From Promethearchaeota archaeon (GTDB lineage Archaea; Asgardarchaeota; Lokiarchaeia; Sigyniarchaeales; SOKP01): a stretch of DNA of 64,000 nt. This document shows, one piece after another, positions 1 through 8,479 of this stretch; the first letter of the stretch is position 1; every line of letters starts with the position of its first letter. A program made the translations under genes and the position numbers. Under the pieces are notes generated by a model. The model was not told the origin of the DNA. It searched no databases and worked only from the letters and a program-made list of their open reading frames with translations. The stretch spans positions 1 through 64,000 of the forward strand of contig JAGXNO010000008.1 of NCBI GenBank assembly GCA_019894975.1, in the 5' to 3' direction.

Positions 1-1
1 G

Positions 2-139
2 GGTTTACCCGTATATGTAGAAACTAATACCGAAAAGGCTATGTCAATTTACCAGAAATATGGATTCGAAATACTTAAGCATGAGATAATCCCTGAAACT
101 CCTGTACCTCTTTGGTGTATGCTAAGAAAACCAAAGTAA
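2..139 (+). CDS. GNAT family N-acetyltransferase, C-terminal fragment (runs off window start)
   Basis: Frame 2 reads GLPVYVETNTEKAMSIYQKYGFE...LWCMLRKPK*, the typical GNAT C-terminal motif. Confidence 0.7.
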   Translation, partial: GLPVYVETNTEKAMSIYQKYGFEILKHEIIPETPVPLWCMLRKPK

Positions 140-187
140 GTTTGATTTTTGGAATCATGACCTCAAATCACATAGGCTTTTGCAATT

Positions 188-688
188 TTATTGCCATTTA
201 ATTCTATTCGCCTTAAAATTCCTTAATTCTTTATTCAACTCACCGATATGATGTGCAGCATGTCTGATAGAATATATGTGTCTTTCTAAATTCGACGTAA
301 AGGTACCGAAATCATCCTTAGATAAAAAATAATCATCGGATTTTTCTTTTAATTTTATGTGCCAACTATCTCTAATCTCATCAATAAACTCCCTAACTAA
401 TTCCTTTGGTATTTTTGCCATTTTTTCTAAAGACTTGACCCCGTTATCTTTTTCCCAGTTTATATCTGCACGTTCACCCCACACCATCCCCTTGGGATCG
501 TCAAGAGTATAATAAAAGATTCCTTCTACCACATGAAATGAGTTCCACGCATAACCCCACATGTTTTTAAAGTACTTCCATACATCATCCGAAGCATTAT
601 CAATGGCATCGAACATCATTTCCCAAATTTTATCATATTGTGTTGCGATTGCTTCCCCGATTGACGTATTTTTAGTTTTTTCATTCAT
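188..688 (-). CDS. DinB/YfiT-like four-helix metalloprotein
   Basis: 166 aa; N-terminal His (FHVV) and C-terminal RHAAHHIGEL motif. Confidence 0.7.
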   Translation of the reverse strand: MNEKTKNTSIGEAIATQYDKIWEMMFDAIDNASDDVWKYFKNMWGYAWNSFHVVEGIFYYTLDDPKGMVWGERADINWEKDNGVKSLEKMAKIPKELVREFIDEIRDSWHIKLKEKSDDYFLSKDDFGTFTSNLERHIYSIRHAAHHIGELNKELRNFKANRIKWQ

Positions 689-844
689 ATTCTAAAATCT
701 CCCTATTTCCTATTTTAACATTAGTTAATTATTTAAGATTTAATAGCTCGCTGGTTTATTTAAAATAAATAATTTAATCAATAACATTATTCTTAAATGT
801 AAAAACTATTATGACTATTTTTCATTAATCTTAATGCAAATACC

Positions 845-2713
845 ATGAAAAAAGTCTACTTAGTTGATTACGATCTATGCAATTTGCGTTTTTGTGGACG
901 GCAATGCATCAAAAAATGTCCGATAACGCTCAGTAATGCAAGATTAAATCCTAACAAGAAAAAAAAAGAAGTTCCAGTTTGGCTTCAAAAATCAACAAAA
1001 AAAATTAGGATCAATGACGAGGGTTGCCTAAAATGTGGGATATGTGCTAATATGTGCCCCCCAAAGGCCATTTACATTAAATATCAGTTAGAAGAACCCA
1101 CAAACCTAATTCCAACACATAAATATCCTAACAGTGGAGAAAAGACGGGATTTAGGCTTTATAATCTCCCTACATTAATATCCGGAAAGGTTACAGGTTT
1201 ATGTGGTCCAAATGGAATCGGTAAGACGACGGTGCTTAATATTATCTCAGGTAATTTGATCCCTAATTTAGGTCAAGTAGATTTAAATACTAATAAGATC
1301 CAATGGGAAACTGTTATTAAAAACATCAGAGAAAGCGAAATGAGAAACCATTTTACAGCTCTTTCTCAAAAAGATTGCAAAATTGCCTACAAGCGTCAAG
1401 TTTTACGCGTGCTTTTTGACAAGTATAAAGGAAAGCGTGTAATGGATATTTTAAAGGCTGAAAATGAAGTAAGTTTACTTTTTTTTCAACAGATCAGTGA
1501 TTATTTAGATTTACATGCCATTGCTGATAGATTTTTGAATGAGTGCTCAGGCGGGGAACTACAACGCTTTGCCATTGCGTCTGTTCTTATTAAAGAAGCA
1601 GATATCTATATTATAGATGAACCATGCACTTTTCTTGATGTTCAGAAGAGAATGAAGTTGGCCCAATTATTTCGGGCTCGTGCTCAAGGATTTGACAGGG
1701 AAAAACCGTGCCCTGTATTAATTGTAGAACACGATTTAGCTGTATTAGATTACGTTTCAGATATTATTCAACTTTTTTACGGTGCACCACATCAATTCGG
1801 GATTATTTCAAACCCTTTAACAACAAAAAAAGGAATTAATTCTTATTTAGATGGGTATTTAAAATCAGAAAATATTGAATTTCGAGAAACTAAATATGGT
1901 TTTAAACGTTCGTCTAGCGGTCGCACTTGGAGTAACGCAAAAATATTTGCTCAATATGAAAAAATTTCAAAAACATTCAAATCCTTTCGTTTAGACGTAG
2001 ATCCCGGAACCATTTATGCCTCTGAAATTTTAGGTATTGTTGGTGAGAATGGATGTGGAAAATCTACGTTCGCAAAAATCTTAGCAGGTGAGCTTAAACC
2101 TGATGAAGAGTCAAAATTTGAGGGAATACAGGCAAGAGTGTCATATAAACCTCAATATATTACTCAAGATACAACTCAAACAGTCCGGGACTTCATCATA
2201 GAAAGATCATATAATTACAATTTTTCGGAAGAAATGCTGCGCGTCTTATATAGGCCTTTAGGAGTCAATAAATTACTGAATAGATCGATTGCAGATCTCT
2301 CTGGTGGAGAACTACAGAGGGCCTATATTTGTGCGTGTTTAGCAAAATCCGCTGATCTTTATGTTCTCGATGAACCTTCCGCTTATCTCGATGTTGAGGA
2401 ACGCATTCATATTGGACAAATCATACGTACGATTGCCAAAAGGAACGCAGCAGTGGCAATCTGTATTGAACACGACATTCAAATAGCAGACGCCTTAATA
2501 GATCGTCTTTTATTATTTACAGGAAAACCGGGAATTCTGGGAAAAACTATTGGTCCCCTAAATAAACGCGATGGAATGAATTTATTTTTGGAAACGATCG
2601 ACGTGACCTTTCGTCGCGACCCAAAAACGGGTAGAGCTAGATTAAACAAGAAAGGATCACAACTCGATAAAGCCCAGAGAGCGTCTGGGCAATTATGGGG
2701 TGTAAAACATTAG
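845..2713 (+). CDS. ABCE1/RLI-family Fe-S ABC ATPase (divergent)
   Basis: Eight N-terminal Cys (CNLRFCGRQCIKKCP...CLKCGICANMCP); two NBDs (GPNGIGKT, GENGCGKS; SGGELQR twice); C-terminal TFRRD hinge. Confidence 0.9.
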   Translation: MKKVYLVDYDLCNLRFCGRQCIKKCPITLSNARLNPNKKKKEVPVWLQKSTKKIRINDEGCLKCGICANMCPPKAIYIKYQLEEPTNLIPTHKYPNSGEKTGFRLYNLPTLISGKVTGLCGPNGIGKTTVLNIISGNLIPNLGQVDLNTNKIQWETVIKNIRESEMRNHFTALSQKDCKIAYKRQVLRVLFDKYKGKRVMDILKAENEVSLLFFQQISDYLDLHAIADRFLNECSGGELQRFAIASVLIKEADIYIIDEPCTFLDVQKRMKLAQLFRARAQGFDREKPCPVLIVEHDLAVLDYVSDIIQLFYGAPHQFGIISNPLTTKKGINSYLDGYLKSENIEFRETKYGFKRSSSGRTWSNAKIFAQYEKISKTFKSFRLDVDPGTIYASEILGIVGENGCGKSTFAKILAGELKPDEESKFEGIQARVSYKPQYITQDTTQTVRDFIIERSYNYNFSEEMLRVLYRPLGVNKLLNRSIADLSGGELQRAYICACLAKSADLYVLDEPSAYLDVEERIHIGQIIRTIAKRNAAVAICIEHDIQIADALIDRLLLFTGKPGILGKTIGPLNKRDGMNLFLETIDVTFRRDPKTGRARLNKKGSQLDKAQRASGQLWGVKH

Positions 2714-2784
2714 AAATAATAAATTTATTTCTGATATCCTGATTTTTTTACTTATTTATAGGGTTGAAACTTCATCCTATAGTT

Positions 2785-3609
2785 TTATTGAGCGTGTTCA
2801 GCCAGATGCTCAAGCAAAAGACGAGTTATCAGTTCAGGCTCCATTTGAAGTGCAAAATTACGCGCAATTTTGAGGATCTCGAATCGATACGGCCCCTCTA
2901 CAAAATGTGCATTCGCCTCAGCCGCTTCTTGGGATACATTACCCGCCTTTGGGGGCCAGATGTACAGAGTGGGCATAGCAACCGGTTTTAATGGTTGTAG
3001 TTTAAGAGCCCGATACCAGTTATATACAGCTCGAAGCGCTTCTTCGCTGCTGAGCGCCTCACGGTATGGGTCGGTCTCCTCGGCAGGTAAATCCATACGT
3101 TTAAGAGCTAACTCAAACCACTTCAATTCATTGCCCTCTATTCTTGACTCAAGGATATAACTCATCTTTTGTCGTTGTTTATCAGCCGTCTCTGTGGTCA
3201 TCACCTCGATAAATGCACCCGGATGTGGAATGTTGATGCAAGCCAGCGTCGCTACGCGCTGAGGATGCTCTCCAGCAAGACGCCATGCAACCACAGATCC
3301 GATACTGGTAGCCATAAGATGAAAGGGACGATCCCCCCATCCAAGCTGATCTGCAATTGCCAGGATATCTTCCACAAACTCATTTTCAACGTATTGATCC
3401 ACACCTTCAGGTCGCGCACCTGGACAGTAACCTCTCAGATCAGGCGCAACAGCTCGAAATCCAGCTTCGGCTAATTTCGGTAGCTGATGGTGCCACTCCC
3501 AGCTCGTTCGGGGTAAACCATGCAGTAACAGTATCAACGGTCCCTCTTTTGGTCCAGCTGACCAGGCATCAAACGTGAATCCACGAGCTTTAATTTGGAT
3601 ACGGTTCAT
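2785..3609 (-). CDS. alpha/beta hydrolase, epoxide hydrolase-like
   Basis: LLHGLP (HGxP), APDLRGY, nucleophile elbow ATSIG, NWYRA; GC visibly above background. Confidence 0.85.
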   Translation of the reverse strand: MNRIQIKARGFTFDAWSAGPKEGPLILLLHGLPRTSWEWHHQLPKLAEAGFRAVAPDLRGYCPGARPEGVDQYVENEFVEDILAIADQLGWGDRPFHLMATSIGSVVAWRLAGEHPQRVATLACINIPHPGAFIEVMTTETADKQRQKMSYILESRIEGNELKWFELALKRMDLPAEETDPYREALSSEEALRAVYNWYRALKLQPLKPVAMPTLYIWPPKAGNVSQEAAEANAHFVEGPYRFEILKIARNFALQMEPELITRLLLEHLAEHAQ

Positions 3610-3675
3610 AATCCTCCTTATGTAACATCATTTTTATAGTATTTTACCTAATATTGCATAAAACGTTATTCAATG

Positions 3676-3712
3676 TTCCTTTAAAGTAAATTCAGAGTCT
3701 GATTTTAATGAA
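3676..3712. repeat. 37-bp dispersed palindromic element, copy 1
   Basis: 32/37 identical to 20741-20777; core TCAGA-G-TCTGA inverted repeat. Confidence 0.6.
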
Positions 3713-3815
3713 TAATCGGAGGAAAAACTTTTAGAAAACTTATAATTCTGACAATCTAGAATGTTACTAATAAGAGGATAATGGACATTATTATGATTTT
3801 ACGATTTATAGGGTT

Positions 3816-4151
3816 ATGAAGAACTGCGAGAACTGCGGTGCAAAACTAGGGGATCACTATGAAATTTGTCCTTTTTGCTTTGTTGCCTTAGTTTCTGATC
3901 CGGAGATCGAAGAGAAACGAAAGAAAAGGAAAAAATCTAAGAAAATAAAGCTATTTTCAATTATAATCTCCTACTCATTATTAATTGGGAGTACGATATT
4001 ATGGATAATGATAAGTGTTGAATGTTTTAATAGTTATAATCGTATCTGTTATACTACTACTCTGATCCTGATGATCTTATCTTGGATTTTTGCCTGTGTA
4101 GCTCCTGTTTTACTTGGAGAAGAATTACCAAAAAGGGGAAAAAAAAAGTAA
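3816..4151 (+). CDS. zinc-ribbon membrane protein
   Basis: CENC..CPFC, Lys-rich linker, two hydrophobic helices. Confidence 0.7.
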   Translation: MKNCENCGAKLGDHYEICPFCFVALVSDPEIEEKRKKRKKSKKIKLFSIIISYSLLIGSTILWIMISVECFNSYNRICYTTTLILMILSWIFACVAPVLLGEELPKRGKKK

Positions 4152-4188
4152 AAATTCCATCTTACTTAGGATAAAGTGTCATTTTTTT

Positions 4189-4503
4189 TTATGAAGAGCC
4201 TGAGCTCCGTGAAGACATTAAATCAAGCAAGGACTCGGAGGTTATTACAGAATCGCATTTCGAACAAGAGTGGACTATTACAGGTATGGCTCCAATTCGA
4301 TCTAAATATTGGTCAACAAATTTTAGACTATATTTTGCCATTCTTTTTATCATCTTTCCCCCAAATGGGACAACTTCGGCTTGAATTTCTATGAAATTTT
4401 CGTAAGCTTGTATTAGATCACTTTTAAACTTATCATTGATAGATGTTGGGTTTATTTCGAGTTTTAATTCGAGGTTTTCTTTACAATATGGGCATTTTGA
4501 CAT
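4189..4503 (-). CDS. hypothetical protein with split zinc finger
   Basis: CPYC at N-terminus, CSKC near C-terminus. Confidence 0.6.
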   Translation of the reverse strand: MSKCPYCKENLELKLEINPTSINDKFKSDLIQAYENFIEIQAEVVPFGGKMIKRMAKYSLKFVDQYLDRIGAIPVIVHSCSKCDSVITSESLLDLMSSRSSGSS

Positions 4504-4654
4504 TCAAAATCACATTATACCTAATTTAATTATTGAATTTCTGCAATATAGTTAATCATTCTATTTAAAGGGTAGAACAATCTCACTAATAATAGTATTA
4601 AAGCAATGGTTTTGTGAATATTTACAAGAAAAAAAATTAAAAAAAAAAAGAATG

Positions 4655-5404
4655 TTAGCTAATCTCTGAACCACATAAAAAACAATATTTTGCTGGTCCA
4701 GATAATTTGGCACCGCAGCTTGGGCAAAAATTGATGTTTCGTTCAAGGTTGTTTATTGGTTGAGGTTTAGGTAAGGTCGTTTGCAGTTCTAAAGATTCTG
4801 GGGCGTTATAAGTTGACAATTTGTTTAATGCTGCGAGCATAAAATAGCCTTTCACCTGATAGATAAAGCCGATGATTGCGGGAACGATTAAAAACCATAA
4901 TGAACTTAAGAGTGTACCTTTTTTTAGTTTATCACACCCTTCAATTGCCTCTTTAGATATATTAGCGGGAAACATCTTAAAATTATTCTCAAAAAATAGT
5001 TTCAGGTTTTTCCACGCTTTCATTTCAGCTGCTACACCTACATATATAAACACTATACCCGATATCATAAGAATTATAGGTATAGAGAGCGAGACATATA
5101 TAGGAAATGGGGTTGAGATAAAGAAAAATAATGCAAGGTTAACTCCTCCGGCAATCAAGACGACCATACCACATATTCTTGATATAATTCCCCTGATGTA
5201 CTTTGAGCGAAATTCATGTAACCATGAGTTATTCAAAGTGTTATTTACCCTTTTAAGACTTCCCATTGCAATAAAAACAAAAATCATTGCTATAATACTA
5301 GCTATTCCTGCGGTGATGCTTACAATCGTTAAAATTGCAGCAATTCGCATATATTTTCCAAATTCATGGAATTCTTCTTTAACAGTTATATTTGACATTT
5401 TCAT
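4655..5404 (-). CDS. membrane protein with C-terminal zinc ribbon (DUF973/DUF996-like)
   Basis: Several TM segments; FCPSCG...YCFLCG. Confidence 0.65.
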   Translation of the reverse strand: MKMSNITVKEEFHEFGKYMRIAAILTIVSITAGIASIIAMIFVFIAMGSLKRVNNTLNNSWLHEFRSKYIRGIISRICGMVVLIAGGVNLALFFFISTPFPIYVSLSIPIILMISGIVFIYVGVAAEMKAWKNLKLFFENNFKMFPANISKEAIEGCDKLKKGTLLSSLWFLIVPAIIGFIYQVKGYFMLAALNKLSTYNAPESLELQTTLPKPQPINNLERNINFCPSCGAKLSGPAKYCFLCGSEIS

Positions 5405-5504
5405 TTTCGAATTTAATTATTTAGGTATTTATCATATTCATCTCAAAGACAATTGATTAAAGAGTGGGAGTCCATTAATTGCTATTTTTTATATCAATCT
5501 AATA

Positions 5505-5536
5505 AAAGCATCACCTCAATTCGAGGGAAATGCTTT
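5505..5536. terminator. intergenic stem-loop, possible terminator or RNA element
   Basis: AAAGCAT-CA-CCTC-AATTC-GAGG-GAA-ATGCTTT, downstream of the minus-strand serine hydrolase. Confidence 0.3.
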
Positions 5537-5620
5537 CCATTGTTTCCACTAATCTCTATTTAAGCCATGCAGACTTTCTTGGCAAGATGATCAAGACTCA
5601 CATCTAGAGAAGCGTAGAAA

Positions 5621-7132
5621 TTATAGTTGCCCAAGCGATTTATAGACTGCTAGGGCAAGGTTATTAGCGCGTGTATCTGAAATCATACTATTTTTTTTAG
5701 TTTCTTCGGGGGTTTGAACTCTCATTCGATTCATAACATACGCAAATGACATTTTGTTTTTTTGGTCCATAATTACTCTGCTTCCTCCCATTCCCCCCCA
5801 ATTACAGACTTGGTCATTCGGAAATTGCCTTCTTTCGCTTTTTAATCCTAGACCCATACCATAACGTTCCAATCCGCCGTTTACGACGTCAATTCCTTTA
5901 AATTGTTCTTTCATGAGTACGTCTGTACATGTATGGTTTGATAAAAACCTTATTCCCTCCACTTCTCCTTGACACGCGATTATGGAGCCTATTTTTGCTG
6001 TAGACCGGGCATTACCATGTCCATTTACCGCCGGTATCTCTGCTGATTTCCAAGCCCAGTCTGATGTTGGTCTTCTTAGAGACATTGCATTCAAGTACAT
6101 TTTCATACCGATACTCCCCTTTTTCATAGCATCAGTTATAATATATTTAAAGATTCGTCTTAATTTGGCAACATATTCTGGTTTACACTCAATTTGTAAA
6201 TTCTGGTTTTCAAATTCGGGAGTTTCTTTTATATGGGGAAACAATAAGAATATCATGTTAGAACGGTTCTTTGGAGTCCTAAATACACCATCGGGATTTT
6301 CAGCTTTTCCTTCCTCAAAAAACAACTCACTGTTATGAGTTTTTAAATAACAGACATCTTCTCCTCCCGCTTTGATTTGGAACTTTTTATCCCATTCTCC
6401 GATTTCTTCTTTAACCATATTAGATTTATTAGCAAGACCTGCAATAATTTGAAACATTCCAAGGAAGGATCCTCCTGGCTGCTGCGGGTCTGTGACTAAA
6501 TCGGCTACCCGATTATCGTCTTTTTTTAGCAACCCAATATGGAAATCCGCTTTCAAAGGTTCTGTAATTTCTTCTCGAAAAAAAGTTCCAAGTGACTTAC
6601 CGGTAATCCTTTTGATTAATTCTCCGATTAGATAACCATGAGTAGTTGCATGGTAACCTGCTGTTGTTCCTGGTACCCACCATGGCTTTTGTTCTGCCAG
6701 TAATTTTGTTATTTTTCCCCAATCATAATAATCTTCTGCAGATATTACCTCCTCTATACCCGCAAGACCTGACATGTGAGCGAATATGTATTTCACGGGC
6801 ATTTTTTCCTTCCCATTTTGGGCAAATTCTGGCCAGTATTTAGATACGGGTGCTTCAAAATCCAGTAAACCTCTATCTGATAAGAGTAACCCACAAAGAA
6901 CGGCCATTACTTTCGTTGTTGAGTATGTACATACAATTGTATCTTTTTCCCAGGGTATTGTGTGAGCTTCATCAGCATATCCCGCCCATAAATCTACGAC
7001 AAATTTCCCGTTCATTGTAACTGCAAATGATGCACCATCCTCCCAATCCTTTTTGAAGTGGGACATAAACGTTTTTTTTACTTCTTCAAACTGAGGTTCA
7101 CAAAATCCTTCTATTTTAATTTCTTCACTCAT
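5621..7132 (-). CDS. serine hydrolase (class C beta-lactamase/family VIII esterase fold) with SCP2-like insertion
   Basis: SxxK (STTK), LxxHxSGL-like, GYH, WGGMGGS; ~115-aa insertion at aa ~222-335. Confidence 0.85.
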   Translation of the reverse strand: MSEEIKIEGFCEPQFEEVKKTFMSHFKKDWEDGASFAVTMNGKFVVDLWAGYADEAHTIPWEKDTIVCTYSTTKVMAVLCGLLLSDRGLLDFEAPVSKYWPEFAQNGKEKMPVKYIFAHMSGLAGIEEVISAEDYYDWGKITKLLAEQKPWWVPGTTAGYHATTHGYLIGELIKRITGKSLGTFFREEITEPLKADFHIGLLKKDDNRVADLVTDPQQPGGSFLGMFQIIAGLANKSNMVKEEIGEWDKKFQIKAGGEDVCYLKTHNSELFFEEGKAENPDGVFRTPKNRSNMIFLLFPHIKETPEFENQNLQIECKPEYVAKLRRIFKYIITDAMKKGSIGMKMYLNAMSLRRPTSDWAWKSAEIPAVNGHGNARSTAKIGSIIACQGEVEGIRFLSNHTCTDVLMKEQFKGIDVVNGGLERYGMGLGLKSERRQFPNDQVCNWGGMGGSRVIMDQKNKMSFAYVMNRMRVQTPEETKKNSMISDTRANNLALAVYKSLGQL

Positions 7133-7155
7133 TATTACTCAACCTAAAGCTTCTA

Positions 7156-8325
7156 TTAGTCATTAACTTTGGCAAGAAATTCCTTTGAAGGAACTTCTCC
7201 GTAAGCAAACATGTTCACTACTTGCTCCCTAAACTCTGAATCTGTTTCCGATAGCGAAAGTATTTTATTAAGATTTTTACCCTTATTCTCGTAAAAGAAG
7301 TTAATCATTGAACGTTTTAATTTGAAATTCCTGATTATTTCTTTGATTTCAAGGTTAGTTCTATACTTTTTTAAAATAGCTTTTGAATAATCCTCTTCTT
7401 GCAGCGCTTCTATAGCTGTTTCTGCAGCAACCTTGCCAGAAACTACAGCTGTCTGAATTCCTTCGCCACTTATAGGAGAGACAAATCCTCCTGTATCTCC
7501 TATAAGCATTAAATTATCGGAATAAAGACTTTTTTCCAAAACTCCTTCTGCTGGAAAAGAATAGGCTCCTTTCCAAATAATCTTATAATTCGAATTTGGA
7601 ATATAGTTTTTAATATGGGGATTTGTAATAAACTCTTGATATATTTTAAGCACATTGTATTTACTGTTATCAGAACCAAACGTAAACACTCCAATATTAA
7701 ACCTATTTCTGCTTAATGGAAAGATCCATCCATACCCCTGATATGGCATAAAGTATACATATACAAGTTCCTCATCTAAATTGTGAGTTCCTTCCATTAT
7801 AGCACATTTACCAATTGCAAGTTCGTTGATTTTCCATTTCGATCTTAATCCCGATTTGAAAGCTAACTTAGAACTCATACCATCAGCAATAACTATTATA
7901 TTTCCTTGATATTCCTTGATACCAGTAGGAGATTTTGTCTTTATCCCTATTTTTTTCTGATTTTTTATGAGTAGATCGAAAGATATATTATTATCAAAAA
8001 GATCTGCCCCAGCATCAACAGCAGCATCTCTCATCAAATTATCAAGTTTTAACCTGTCCATTATTATTGAATATTCATTCCCAGCACCTTTAAATTGTAA
8101 TTTATGATAATCTGCCGAATGCATAACAACTCCCACAATTTTTGAAATATCGAATTTCTTTATCTGTGGATAGAGATCCAAAACGCTAGAATGAACAGCC
8201 CCACCACACGGCTTTCGCCAATTGGTATTCTTTTCTATTAACGCAACATTATACCCAGCTTTAGCTATAACTTCAGCACATTGGGAGCCTGAAGGTCCTG
8301 CCCCAGAGATTACTACATCATACAT
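7156..8325 (-). CDS. geranylgeranyl reductase family FAD oxidoreductase
   Basis: GAGPSG, KPCGG, ADG, GYGWIFP, GDTGGFVSPISGEGI. Confidence 0.9.
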   Translation of the reverse strand: MYDVVISGAGPSGSQCAEVIAKAGYNVALIEKNTNWRKPCGGAVHSSVLDLYPQIKKFDISKIVGVVMHSADYHKLQFKGAGNEYSIIMDRLKLDNLMRDAAVDAGADLFDNNISFDLLIKNQKKIGIKTKSPTGIKEYQGNIIVIADGMSSKLAFKSGLRSKWKINELAIGKCAIMEGTHNLDEELVYVYFMPYQGYGWIFPLSRNRFNIGVFTFGSDNSKYNVLKIYQEFITNPHIKNYIPNSNYKIIWKGAYSFPAEGVLEKSLYSDNLMLIGDTGGFVSPISGEGIQTAVVSGKVAAETAIEALQEEDYSKAILKKYRTNLEIKEIIRNFKLKRSMINFFYENKGKNLNKILSLSETDSEFREQVVNMFAYGEVPSKEFLAKVND

Positions 8326-8479
8326 GATAAAAACCTTTAAATATGTAAACCTCCTTCATTTAAAAATTAATTCATTGAAACAATTCCATTACTCACTCAC
8401 AATTCCGTTGAAATTGGTTTGGAAAGGTAAAGATTTATTTATATCTTTAATGCTAAATAATTGTTTAGGGTTAAAATAA

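Noticed and set aside
3676-3712. CRISPR repeat
   Set aside because: The length is similar, but there are only two isolated copies 17 kb apart, no spacer array and no cas genes.
4872-5456. 194-aa ORF and the many other short ORFs nested antisense to assigned genes
   Set aside because: Shadow frames of well-supported genes with no recognisable motifs.
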